Shown piece by piece: positions 1 through 12,129 of a DNA stretch of 50,706 nt (its first letter is position 1; each line of letters begins with the position of its first letter). Source of the stretch: Chiloscyllium plagiosum (taxonomy: Eukaryota). Position numbers and translations under genes: made by a program. Below the pieces are notes generated by a model. That model ran no database searches and was not told the origin of the DNA. It saw only the letters and a program-made list of their open reading frames with translations. The stretch spans positions 44,753,110 to 44,803,815 of the forward strand of contig NC_057719.1 of assembly GCF_004010195.1 (NCBI RefSeq), in the 5' to 3' direction.

Positions 1-507
1 ATGGTCTGGGAGATGATGGTTTGGTGGTGGGGGTGGGGGTCATGGTCGAGGGGGCAGTAGGAAGAGGTGTCCTCGAGTTGGCGTTTGGCTTCAGCGGTGT
101 AGAGGTCAGTGCACCAGACTACCACTGCGCCCCCTTTATCTGCTGGCTTGATGGTGAGGTCGGGATTGGAGCAGAGGGATTGGAGGGCTGCGCATTGTGA
201 CGGTGAGAGGTTGGAGTGGGGGAGGGTAGACAGTTTGAGGCGGTTAATGTCCCGGCAGCAGTTGGAAATGAAGAGGTCGAGGGCAGGTAATAGGCCAGCA
301 CGGGGTGTCCAGGTGGATGCAGTGTGTTGGAGGTGGGCGAAGGGGTCCTTGGAAGGTTGGTGGGAGTCCTGATTGTGAAAGTAAGCTCGGAGGCGGAGGC
401 GGCGGTAGAAGTGTTCGACGTCACGGCGTGCATTAAATTCATTGATGCGTGGGCGGAGGGGGATGAAGGTGAGTCCTTTGCTGAGGACTGATCATTCGTC
501 CTCACTG
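1..507 (-). mobile_element. Penelope-like element ORF fragment (N-terminal region into RT), continues beyond the left edge
   Basis: Manual minus-strand translation: E*SVLSKGLTFIPLRPRINEFNARRDVEHFYRRLRLRAYFHNQDS...PDLTIKPADKGGAVVVWCTDLYTAEAKRQLEDTSSY. LSKGL and IKPADKGG are Penelope hallmarks. One TGA near 490. Confidence 0.9.
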
Positions 508-540
508 CCAGTCATACACATTGGGCAGACACAGTAGGGT

Positions 541-1928
541 CTGCCTACTGAAAGGCAGATCATGCTTAACTAGTTTACTGGAATTCTTTGAGGATATTAT
601 GAGCGCGGTGGACAATGGGGAACCAGTAGATGTGATGTATTTGGATTTCCAGAAGGCAGTTGACAAAGTGCTTCACAAAAGGTTGCTGCATAAGATAAGG
701 TGCACAGCATTCAGAGCAATGTATTAGTATGGATAGAAGATTGGTTACTCACAGAAAACAAAGAGTGGGGATAAAGGGTGTTATTTTTTCTGATTGGTGA
801 TCAACGGTTTGCCTCAGAGATCAGTGTTGGGACCACAACTGTTTAGGGGGCGGCTCAGTGGTTAGCACTGCTGCCTCACAGCACCAGAGACCCAGGTTCA
901 ATTCCCATCTCGGGCAACTGCCTGTGTGGAGTTTGCACATTCTCCCCTTGTCTGCGTGGGTTTCCTCCGGGTGCTCCGGTTTCCTCCCACAGTCTAAAGA
1001 TGTGCAGGTTTAGGTGAATTGGCCATGCTAAATTGCCTGTAGTGTTATGTGCATTAGTCAGGGGTAAATGTAGGGGAATGGGTCTGAGTGGGTTGCTCTT
1101 CGGATGGTCGGTGTGGACTTGTTAGGCTGAAGGACCTGTTTCCACACTGTAGGGAATCTAATCTAATCTACAAATATTGCAGCATGCTGCTGTGCAGAGG
1201 GATCTGGGTATCCTTGTGCATGAATCACAAGAAGTTGGTTTGTAGGTGCAGCAGGTAATTAAGAAGGGAAACGAAATACTGTCCCGAATTGCTCAAGGAA
1301 TTGAGTTTAAAAACAGGCAGGTTATGCTGCAGCTGTATCGGATGCTGGAGAGGCCATACCTGGAGCACTATGCACAGTTTTGGTCTCCTTACTTGAGAAA
1401 GGATGTACTGGCACTGGAGAGGGTGCAGAGGGGGTTCACGAGGTTGATTCCAAAATTGAGAGGGTTGGCTTATGAGGAGAGATTGAGTAGACTGGCACTA
1501 TGCTCATTGGAATTTAGAAGAATGAGCTGAGGATCTTACTGAAAAAAACAGAATTATGAAGGGAATAGATTAGATCGAAGCAGGGAGGATGTTTTCACTG
1601 GCAGGTGAAACTAGAATTAGTGAGCACAGTCACAAGATAAGGGGGAGCAGATTCAGGACTGAATTGAGGAGGAATTTCTTTTCCCAAAAGGTTGTGAATC
1701 TATGGAATTCCCTGCCCAATGACGCAGTTGAGGCTACCTCGTTAAATGTTTATAAGACAAAGATCGATGGAACGTTGAACTATAAATGAATTAAAGGTTC
1801 TGGTGAATAAACGGGTAAGTGGAGCTGAGTCCATGAAAAGATCAGCCATGATCTTATTGAACGGTGGAGCAGGCTCGAAGGGCCAGATGACCAAATCCTG
1901 CTCCTAGTTCTTTTGTTCTTATGATTCT
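541..1928 (+). mobile_element. Degenerate CR1-clade LINE (RT, 3' part and tail), interrupted by an HE1 SINE
   Basis: ORFs 521-727 (KGRSCLTSLLEFFE..YLDFQKAVDKV), 1246-1530 (RPYLEHYAQFWSPYLRKD) and 1589-1789 (RRNFFSQKVVNLWNSLP); tail ...ttgttcttatgattct. Confidence 0.9.
846..1170 (+). mobile_element. HE1 V-SINE (tRNA-derived)
   Basis: A-box-like cagtggttagc, B-box-like ggttcaattcc, V-domain tggagtttgcacattctccc..gtgggtttcctccggg, (AATCT)n tail. Confidence 0.9.
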
Positions 1929-1931
1929 ATT

Positions 1932-4490
1932 CACAGCCTTCTGCCTGGGCCTGTTACTGACCACCTGGGCCAGGCTAAGAAACAGAGCTACGGGAGGTCA
2001 TCTCATCTTCCTGTCTGTCCCCACACCAGGTATTGAAAGATCAAGAGCACCTGGCTGAACTGCAACCAAATGTTAACTAAAGATCTCTTAGAAAATAAAA
2101 CAAGGAGTTATAGCCAGCTGCAGTTTAAATATACATGGGGGTTAATCTGCTTAATTCATGATTGCACTGGACTACAGCAAGCAACGTCTTGGTTCCCGGG
2201 TCTCCATTGGTAATGAATGGGACTCCTATATTGACAGCTTTCCACAGTGGGCCTCTGCCAGTGCTGGATGATAAAATGGAAGGCCAGCTTGTATCCAGCT
2301 GGTGGACAAAGGAAAGGAAGGGAGGCGTGTGCAGCAGGAAACTTCTCTGCATCAAGCAAAAGGACATGGAAGGAATTTCCTCAAGTAATTCTGAACTGTG
2401 GCTCCTTGAAGGAGGTTTCAGGGCATGGGGTCAATGTGAAATTCCATCTAAACTGCCATCAGCTCACTTGACTTCCAGCTTTATCTTCTGTCCTGGGAAA
2501 CTGTCCTGGGTGTTGTGACTCCCTAATAATAGTCATTACCCTAAACAGTGAGAGGGTTAGTCTTCTAAGTAATGTGACCATGCCCTCACAACTCCTGTAC
2601 AGACTTAGGAAGATTGGATTGATCTACAAACAAGAGCTACATGTTATAATCTCCACGGCACACCATTAGATGGGGACTCAATGTAAAAGGTATGACTGCA
2701 GAACCTGAAGACAATAAGCCACCCAACCTGGTGTGAAGGCATTCCAATGCCTGACTTCCCTCCTTAAGTGGAGGACTCAGAAGCTCAGCAGTGATCCTTT
2801 AGTCCGAGGAAACCTCTGTGAGTATCCGCTGTGTCCAATTCCGGGGAGGCATCAAAGTGACCAACTGATAGCACACCATGTCGTTGACTTGTTGGTTTAT
2901 GACCAACACTCAGCTGTGGCTGGATAGTTCAGTCCAGTACCTGTGGTGAGTGGGGATATTGACCTCCAGCTCTTTCCAGATCACTGTTCAACTCTTGTCA
3001 GTAGGGCTAAGATAGTCTCCCAAGCAGAAGAAATGGGGCAAAAGGCCTAAGCACCTCTGGCAGAGTCCACCTGCCACTGACCAACCAGCAATCTGGAACA
3101 TTTTCCCCAGTTGATCTTTGCAGAGGAAGCTGCAGTGTTTATTTCTCGACATTTGGGTTTCTTCTGCAGTTCAGCTGGCTCTGTGAACATGGGAAACGTG
3201 TGCTCAATGTAAGTGAAAGGGCAACCTCTGTGCCCAGCCATGTACAGAGCCAAGCCCCTAAACATCCTCCAAAAGAGGCTCAGGCCAGACAAGTGGCAGT
3301 CTTGACATAGTCCTCTCCCAAAGACATGGCAACATTAATTAGACACTTTCTGCAGTGGTGTATAGAAATGAGCTCCAGACCACAAACTGAATTCCGAGCC
3401 CCAAATAAATATATGTGATTCATCCTGTCAAACATTTTCTCCTGCTCAAAGGACAGGCAGGCGGCTGACAGACCTGACCTCTGGAATAGAAGTGTCGTGA
3501 CCTGGATCTAATGGATGTTATCATAAATGGTTCAGCCTGGGAACATGTAGGAATAGTCAGAGTGGACTATGTGGTTAATACTGTGCCAAGGCAGGAATAT
3601 ATGGCCGTGGCAAAGATTTTATAATCTATGAGAGGATGGCAACTGAACACTAGTCTTTAAAAAGGTAGAAATGCCCCTCTTTGGCTGCAGAGAGAAGGGA
3701 CAATTCTTCGTTGGCTAAATATTTTTCCAGGACCTACATGTAGTCATTCCCTGGGATGTCTGAAAGCACAATGTGGAACCTGATAGTCAGTCCATCCTGC
3801 CTTGTGGGATATGGCCCTGGAGTGCTGATCATGGGTGCCAGTCAGTGTCTAGCTTTCTGGTGCCCCTGGGCCAACCTAAGGAAAGTCCTCCCAGATCTGG
3901 AGAGTACAAAGCGATGTAATAGGGTCACGTTTGAGTCGTGATACTTTTGGAATCTGAGTTAAGAGAACTGTCATCAGTCAGCAGTATATGCAGCTGCTGA
4001 CAGACTATTGCCTCTTTTTTCCAGCAAATAGAAGAAAAGGGAGCCACGGTTCAGAAACCAGATTCACAGTTTCATGTACACATGTCAGGTTCTGGCAAAT
4101 TGCAGCATGGCCTCCTTCTCTTTGTACACTTGCTGCAGAGCCAGGTGTTCAGTGAACTGATTAAGACTCCAGGTCAAGCACTTCCTTGTCTTTCTCCAAT
4201 TTATTGACCTTGGGTTTCCCATTCACATACTGGTATGGAAGATGGGGCTATGTGCCATGCTCACATCCCACAACAATCTCCAGGAGGGGAAGCCTCCTTG
4301 CTTCCTTCTCTGGTCAGCTCAGAGCCCTGGAACTATTCATTTACCCACTATATGTTAAAATGTCAGCATGCGGACCACATCTGAGCATTGGACAGAGTGA
4401 GAAGATAGCCAGCCTATCAGACTTTGAGGCACACCACTCCACCATCCACGAGGAATTAACTCCTGGACTGGTGCTTGTTTCCTGTCAGAA
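1932..4490 (-). mobile_element. Decayed Tx1-type (L1 clade) retrotransposon ORF2: APE end, RT and C-terminal zinc-binding region
   Basis: Collinear minus-strand peptide remnants: SAC*HFN (~4360), PSWRLLWDV (~4270), HIVHSDYSYMFPG*TIYDNIH (~3530), LSFEQEKMFDRMNHIYL (~3430), TAASSAKINWGKCSRLLVGQW (ORF 3047-3292), VLVINQQVNDMVCYQLVTLMPP (~2880), WKAVNIGVPFITNGDPG..VQCNHELSRLT (ORF 2125-2367), LFLSLAQVVSNRPRQKAV (~1960). Confidence 0.8.
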
Positions 4491-5422
4491 GTGAGCATAA
4501 GAGGTATAGTTAGTAAGTTTGCAGATGACACCAAAATTGGAGGTGTAGTGGACAACAAAGAAGGTTACCTCAGATTACAACGGGATCTTGATCAGATAAG
4601 CCAATGGGCTGAGGAGTGGCAGATGGAGGTTAATTTCGATAAATGTGAAGTGCTGCATTTTGGGAAAGCAAATCTTAGCAGGACTTATACACTTAATGGT
4701 AAGGTCCTCGGGAGTGTTGCTGAACAAAAAGACCTTGGAGTACAGGTTCATAGCTCCTTGAAAGTGGAGTCGCAGGTAGATACGATAGTGAAGAAGGTGT
4801 TTGGTATGCTTTCCTTTATTGGTCAGAGTATTGAGTACAGGAGTTGAAAGGTCATGTTATGGCTGTACAGGACATTGGTAAGGCCACTTTGGAATATTGC
4901 ATGTAGTTCTGATCTCCATCGGGAAGATGTTGTGAAACTTGAAAGGGTTCAGAAAAGATTTACAAGGATGTTCTCAGGGTTGGAGCATTTGAGCTATAGG
5001 AAGAGGTTGAATAGGCTTGGGCTGTCTTCCCTGAGTGTTGGAGGCTGAGGGGTGACCTTATAGAGGTTTATAAAATCATGAGGGGCATGGATAGGATAAA
5101 TAGACCAAGTCTCTTCCCTGTGGTGGGGGAGTCCAGAACTAAAGGGCATAGGGATAGGGTGAGAGGGGAAAGATATAAAAGAGACCTAAAGGGCAACCTT
5201 TTCACACAGAGGGTGGTACATGTATGGAATGAGCTGCCAGAGGAAGTGGTGGAGGCATTTAAAAAGGCATCTGGATGGGTATCTGAATAGGAAGGGTTTG
5301 AAGGGATATGGGCCGGGTGCTGGTAGGTGGGGCTAGACTGGGTTGGGATATCTGTCTGTATGGACAAGTTGGACTGAAGGATCTGTTTCCATGCTGTACA
5401 TCTCTATCATTCTCTGACTCTA
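4491..5422 (+). mobile_element. Young 5'-truncated CR1/HER1-like LINE
   Basis: ORF 4491-4847 has SKFADDTKIGG..WQME.N.DKCEVLHFG; FTQRVVHVWNELP; tail catctctatcattctctgactct. Near-identical to 27775-28852 and 19005-19754. Confidence 0.95.
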
Positions 5423-5465
5423 AGTACACCACACACTTGACAGATCCTTTACTCAACAGGGCATA

Positions 5466-6220
5466 AGCAAGATGGCAGCTGATTAGGGCTCCTGACCAGA
5501 GCTTGTACGCTCTGACTGCTCTTTTTTCTTTCTTCTCTCACATTTTTCTTTCCTTCCTTTAGTTCTTTAGGTTTTTTTTCCTTTCTCTACTTACCTTCTG
5601 GAGGGAGATCAGTCATGGGGACAGGGGCGGTGACTGTAGCTGCTGGGAGACTTTGACTGTCGGCCAAGAGGCGGCTGGTGTGCCGAGGCGGAACTCTGGC
5701 ACTTGGCGGCATCATGGCTTCATGATGTCCAGAGGGGTACCAAAGCGGGACTCTGCAGCAAGGCAGCTAACGCAGCAGTAGAGTGTGGCAGCGGCTGGGA
5801 CCCAGCATGGGCCCGGGTGGCGGAGGCGGTGAGGCAGTGGCTGGCAGTGAAGGATGTCAGCAGCAGTCAGGGCCAAAGTCTTACAAGTGGCGGTAAAGCC
5901 CTGTGAACCCAAGGATATCAGCAGCAGCAGTCGGTGATGAAAGTGGCTGGCGAGCACGGGTTTAGACCAGTGCAGGGGAGCACGAGGGAGAGCGAGCTCT
6001 CTTGGGGAAAGCCCAACTTAGAGCATCTGCCAGCCGTGGCTTAAGAAAGGTCTGTAATGTTTGACTTCTTTAATTTTTTTTCTTTATGTTTCTACTTCTG
6101 TAAGTAAGATTTTGTACTTCGGTACTTTGTACCTAAGATGGCGTCATGTGTGGCAACATTGTACACTTTCCACTGTACTCTTGTATCCTGTACTTGACAA
6201 TTAAACCTAAATCTAAGTCT
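5466..6220 (+). repeat. Unclassified non-coding retroposon-like repeat
   Basis: Starts caagatggcagc, has a pyrimidine tract and GC-rich core, and ends in a Rex1-like tail (ctttccactgtactc...tgacaattaaacctaaatctaag). No recognisable protein. Confidence 0.4.
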
Positions 6221-6309
6221 CCATCTACTTCTCTCCTTATAAGAAGTGAGATGTTCCTAAACTTACATTGTGCTCCTCTGCTGCTATTGATGTTGAGGCT
6301 TAACACTTG

Positions 6310-7500
6310 AGAGTTCCATTCAAAAGCAGGGAAGAAGCTGTTCCTAATCCTGATTTTGTACGCGATTTTCAAACATTTGTATCTTCTGCCCGACTGAAGA
6401 GGGTGGAAGAGAGTATAACCAGGGTGTTGCCTGCTTTTCTGAGGCAGGGGGAAGTGTGGATGGAGTCAGTGGAAAGAAGACTTGATTGCGTGATGGATGG
6501 GCTGTGTTCACGACATTCTGCAGTTTCTTGTGGTCTAGGGAAGAGCAGTTGCCATGCCAAGCTGTGATGTTTCCAGATGGGATGCTTTCTATGATACATC
6601 TATAAAAATTGGTCAGAGGTTTTGTGGACATGCTGAATTTCCTTAGCCTCCTGAGGAAGTAGAGACATTGTTGTGCTTTCTTGACTGTCATGTGGGTGGA
6701 CCAGGACAGATTGTTGATGATTGTCACTCCCAGGAACTTGACGCTCTTGACCATCTCTACCTCAGCACCATTGATGCAGAGAGGGGTGTGCCCTCCACTC
6801 TGCTTCCTGAAGTCGATAACCAGCTCCTTCTTCTTGCTAACATTGATGGAGAGGTTGTTGTCTTTACACTGTGCTGCTAAGCATTCAATCTCTTTCCTGT
6901 ATTCTGTCTTGTTGTTTGAGATCCAATCTACATTGGTGGTGTTATCAACAAACTTGTAAATGGAGTTGAGATGGAATTGGCCACATAGTCATGTGTTTAC
7001 AAGGAATACAGTCGGGGACTGAGTGAGCAGCCTTGCGGCGTACCGGTGTTAGGGATTATTGTGGAAGAGGTTTTGTCGCCTAATCTTACTTACTGCGGTC
7101 AGCAAGTTAAGAATCTAATTACAGAGGAAGGAGCACACACCTAGGTCTTGGAGTTTAGAGGTGAGTTTGTTTGGAATTATGGTGTTGAAAACAGAGCTCT
7201 AGTCAATAAGTAGGAGCCTGATGTAGGTAACCTTGTTGTCCAGGTGTTCCAGGGATGAATGTAGGGTCAGGGACATGGCATCTGCCATGGACCTGTTGTG
7301 CCATTAAGTGAATTGCAAAAGATCAAGGCAGCCTGGGAGCCTGGAGTTGATGTGAGCCATGACTAACCTCTTGAAGCACTTCATAACTATGGAGATTAGA
7401 GCCATCGGGGAGTAGAGATTGAGGTGTGCTGCATGATTTTCCTTTGGCATCAGATGATGGTGGTCTTTTTGAAGTGGATGGGACCTGATTGAGGAGCAAG
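6310..7500 (-). mobile_element. Rex1/Babar LINE RT fragment
   Basis: ORF 6344-6754 KFLGVTIINNLSWSTH..KKAQQCLYFLRRLRKF..LTNFYRCIIESI; ORF 7304-7783 YSPMALISIVMKCFKRLVMAHI..LDLLQF. Confidence 0.9.
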
Positions 7501-9462
7501 GGCCTTTGGTGATTTCAGTCCTGGCTGTAATCATTAGTCCCCTGGTAGTGCTATTGAACAATGCACAAGTGCTGACCTCGGGTTTGCTGGCAGCTGGTTG
7601 TGGTATGATTTCCGCCCCTGGGCTGTGGCATCTGACTGGCAGTTTATTTGGTGGTCCTTCCCAAAGGTGGGTGATGCCAGGCTCTTGCTGGTGGGTGAGA
7701 ACCTTATCTACTTTTGACAGAAAAGCATTTAAAATATGAACAAGATGAACCACTGATTTTATACAATGCCAAAGATATCTCAAAAATGAACAGATTGTAT
7801 AAAACTAATGTTGTCACACTTCAAATTACTTTTGGCTACTGTATAGATGTTGTTAAAATCTGTAGGGAGGCTTGAGAATTGATAATTTAGTTAAGTCTTA
7901 AGTTAAAACAGACAAACTTTATTTATTAACCTATTATCTATGCATTGGTTATACCAATGTTGTTAGTCTGATGTCTGGCCGGTTAAACTGTTTCTATACC
8001 TGGCGCAAATGGACAGCCCATACTCAGAATGGCACTAAGATCCCCGGCACAAAGCTGAATCTGGTGGCTGTTCTCACTGTCTGTCTGAGGATCTTTCACA
8101 CCCAGAATTTCACTGTTTTCATTCCACTACCACTTTGTTAACACAAAATTAAAATAAGCCTGGCTACTCCTGATGTGGAAAGCACATGCATGAACCCTCA
8201 GAGCTCAGAACCGTGGAATATCAATTTATCTTGAGTTATTTTACAATTGATGTATTATTTACCTTCTTCTGACATGCAAGGTAAAACTCTTTAGGCAGAA
8301 CACGTATGACTGGCAAAATAATTCCAATACATCTCCAACTCTCCCCACCCCCTCCATAATTACCTTCACATCAGGGCATCTGCTTTCCTACTCAACAGGC
8401 AGCTAACTTGTCAATCAGGCTGCCTGTCAATCAAGATGCCTATCAATCAAACTGTCTGTTGAGCGGGGATGGTTCTTAAAAAAACATATAAAGACGTCCT
8501 GTAGTTAAATTCATTCGGAAGTCTGGGAAATTCATCCTTCTGGTTTTCCCGTCTCAACCATCCCCTTCCTATTCCCTGCAGGGATACCAGTAAATATTGG
8601 CAGGTCAGTGTGTACACAAAGATAGGCCAAAACCGTAGGAAAATTTGAGTCATTTACTTAAATTTAGTTGCTTATTTTCCAAGGTAATACCACATCCATA
8701 TTTATAATAAAACACCAAATGCTCCAAGACAATAAACTGTCCTTTTAAGATGTGAAAGTTCTTTAAATTATATGGCACATGATGGGTTACACTGTATTTA
8801 CATAAATGCCAGAGGATTATCCAAACTAATGTACCAAGCTTGAAAGTCTAGCCATTACAACCTGCGCAAGAACACAAGCAGCAAACATAAGATTCCATAT
8901 CAGAAGGAGACAGGAATAGGGATAGCACGGTTTTGTGGTCAGATACAATCCAAGGAATACTGTTCCTGACAACCTTTCCTAGATTCTGTTTCCTGACTGC
9001 AGCCAGGGAGTGGATTGAATAGAGGGAGGCTTGATGGGGTGCTTGAATGACATCACTGTGAAGGGATGGCGATATTACAATTCAGAAGCCTGGGGGCAAC
9101 ATTTTTACTTCTGCCCAGATTCAAACCCACCAGTTTTCATGAGTTTAAGTTACTCCTCCACTGTCCCTATCAACTATCAATCAAACTGCTTGTCAAGGGA
9201 AGTCAATATTTACACACATTCTGCCACTCTAATCTCAATTCCTGTTAAATATTACTTCCAAGACAAATGTTTCCATAAAGAGAAAGTACTGATGTGATCC
9301 CAAGAATTTAGTAATGATCAAATTAGTGATAAATCCTAACTTTTGCTAAAGTTTGTATTGTACACAAAAATGGTTCACCGTTACAAATACATCCCTATTT
9401 GTGTGTTACGTATCCCAATACCTGTTCTTTACAATTTAAATCACCTGTATTTTTTTCTTCAG

Positions 9463-9514
9463 TGCCTATAGTTGATTCTGTGACTTGTTATGTCCACCAG
9501 TACTCCCAAGCAAA
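9463..9514 (+). other. Candidate internal exon (52 nt, phase 1 to 2)
   Basis: Acceptor ttttttttcttcag, donor AA|gtaatt; open as (V)PIVDSVTCYVHQYSQA(K). Confidence 0.3.
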
Positions 9515-10747
9515 GTAATTTCCCTTACTGATGGAATTTGACACCAGAGAGACACGTTTCTCATTGATATTTGAAATGTGCCTGTCCAGTAGGCAAGATA
9601 AGAAAAGTCACAAAACCTTAATCCTAATACCCCAGCAATCAATATTTTAAAACAAGCAGGTATTTGCTTAGCTGTAAGATTCCAACCATGTTCAAAATTG
9701 ACGTTCAGGAATCACAAGATGCCCAGTTAAAACAGACCCCTTCACTTTATAGAGATGTAACCTGGGGCCCAAGCAGTGAGCCCCAGGTGTAGTGACATTC
9801 CCTCCATGCAGGCAGCAAGTCTAAAATATTCCTCACCATATGGAAGATGTTGGCCTCCCTTTCCCTGAATCCCAGTTTCAAAACATCTCCTTCTAGTTTT
9901 CTGGAATCCAGTGGGTGGCCCATGGCTGCTCTTATTTAAGCTGCCAGCAGATGCCCTATAATCCCTTCAAGGCCAGACTTCAGGCAACTAGGCAGATAAA
10001 AGCAGATGTAAAGAGATCATTTCATTACTGATGGTGCCTGTCGACCAGGAACTTTTTTTGTTGATAAAGATTTTGGAAAATTCCTCCAGTTTGGAGAAGC
10101 TAAGAACATTCAACGTGTCAGAATTTGGTAAAAACGTCTTGATTCCCCTACTGGAAATAAACTGAGGAATACTGAAAGATTGCACACTCTGTACTCGTAT
10201 TGAATTTTGGATGGAGTTGCTATACTCAGTTTTTCCAAATTTTCCTCCCAATCCCTTGAGTATTTCCTAATATTAGGAGCAGGTCAGGGTACACTTTTGA
10301 CTCTGTTGATCTTATAGCTTTGTTACTGATTTAAAAGAATATAGAAGTTACTTTCAAGCAAATCGATCATTTGCACACAAAATTGTTGCTGAAAATCGTG
10401 TATGTCAGAATAACAATTGTGACAATAGACCTCTGGACATTTAATTTTATGATAAATCTTATAAAATTGCTTGTAGTCAAGTTTTCATGACAATTACTTA
10501 ACACAAGTGGATCAAACCCTTGAAATTTGAGCTTAGTGTGAATTGCAGATGAACAGATTTTTGTTTAGCAACATTTCATTCTCAATTAAATAAAACCCAT
10601 CTGAATATTTTTATTGCCTTGGTCATAATAATTGAGTAACAATCCTTCTATTCTCTGGCCAATTTTTTTCAACTAGGGCCTTTGAAAACATATGAGTAAG
10701 GTACTTGATGTTGTTCTCATTTTCTAATTCTCCTCTGGGCATTCCAG

Positions 10748-10901
10748 GCTGCAGAATTTAACATTTAATGAGAATTTTTTATATATGTGTGAAGAAATGA
10801 TTAAAACTAGGCTTGTTTACAGTGTACTGAAATACCAGCCATATTTGAAAGACTTAGCTTCTAATGAATGCAGAGACTTCAATCAATGTTATCTCCCTGT
10901 G
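10748..10901 (+). other. Candidate exon encoding a SEA-domain-like N-terminal segment
   Basis: Branch-like ttctaat plus pyrimidine tract ..cattccag; open frame LQNLTFNENFLYMCEEMIKTRLVYSVLKYQPYLKDLASNECRDFNQCYLPV; donor GTG|gtttcg is weak. Confidence 0.3.
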
Positions 10902-11748
10902 GTTTCGGCATGCTCTTGTTCAGTTTATATTAGCTGGCTTTTGTTGACAAAGTCCTTTGCAATTCTACCACATGAGAGAAGCAACTAACAGTCAACCTGG
11001 CAGTATATACTATGCATGTATTCACACTGCTACTGTAAATAAAACCAAGCATTTCAGCAAAATGATTATTTTAACCTCCTTTGTTTCTGCTTGGTTTTGA
11101 TAGATTGCATTCATCATCATTGCTGGAGCTCCTGTTGAAATGCTGTGGCCAGTTTTGCTATATTTTTCCTCTGTGAATGTTTCCAGGGAACAGCATGTAC
11201 ACTAGTAGGGGGTCTCAGCTTTTAAAACAGTGTTTCATTTTCATGCAGCAGCTCATCAGCCTCAGTTAAACTAATACAGGTGTTTATGATTTGCAATCCT
11301 GTTCAATCAAGTGATCCATCAGTTACTTCAAGTACTAACTACCCCACTTGAGTTTAGCTACTTTATTGTTTCTCTATTGATGTCAGTGATAATTTATTGA
11401 TCAGGAAAAGTGTTATTGTGCAAGAGGTGAGTGGAATGATGTACATACTTTTGTATTTAATTGTCCTCATTTGAATGATTTCTCACCAGAATATGTTCTC
11501 TCTTCACATAGGTGTAGTGACTCATCACACTTTAAAATAAACTGTGAATAGGCACCTAAATTCTCAATTTCACAACTGCTACTTTTTCTGTCATAGCTGG
11601 TAAGATACTGGAGATTCTTTCTCATAACAACATAGCTCATCCTATAGGTATCCCTATTTTTTAAAATGAAATCACAATTATAACTTAGCCAACTACAGGA
11701 CATTGTAACTACAAGGTTCCCAGAACAGCAAATCCCATTACTGAGAAG

Positions 11749-12099
11749 ATTAGATTAGATTAGATTAGATTACTTACAGTGTGGAAACAGGCCCTTCGGC
11801 CCAACAAGTCCACACCGACCCACCAAAGCGTATACCACCCAGACCCATACTCCTACAGTTACCCCTTCACCTAACACTACGGGCAATTTAGCATGGCCAA
11901 TTCACCTAACCTGCACATTTTTGGATTGTGGGAGGAAACCGGAACACCCGGAGGAAACCCACGCAGACACAGGGAGAATGTGCAAACTCCACACAGAGAG
12001 TCGCCTGAGGCAGGAATTGAACCCGGGTCTCTGGCGCTGTGAGGCAGCAGTGCTAACCACTCTGCCACCGTGTCGCTCACAAAGCCTGTGGGCGGCACC
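11749..12099 (-). mobile_element. HE1 V-SINE with 8-bp TSD
   Basis: (AGATT)n tail, V-domain and tRNA head on the minus strand; CTGAGAAG at 11741-11748 and 12100-12107. Confidence 0.92.
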
Positions 12100-12129
12100 C
12101 TGAGAAGCTAACCCTGTGCTTGAAAGCAT

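Noticed and set aside
109..505. ORF-track ORFs 109-372 (+) and 119-505 (-)
   Set aside because: Off-frame or antisense readings of the Penelope fragment; the real frame is a different minus-strand frame
846..915. tRNA-like A/B boxes at HE1 heads
   Set aside because: SINE heads followed by the V-domain; no full cloverleaf
9988..10251. 87-aa minus-strand ORF in unique-looking DNA
   Set aside because: Non-ATG start, no recognisable motif, no convincing splice sites
11877..12129. Recurrent 'MDCGRKPEHPEETHADTGRMCKLHT' ORFs (also near 14940, 35314 and 48885)
   Set aside because: Translations of the HE1 SINE V-domain, not a gene family
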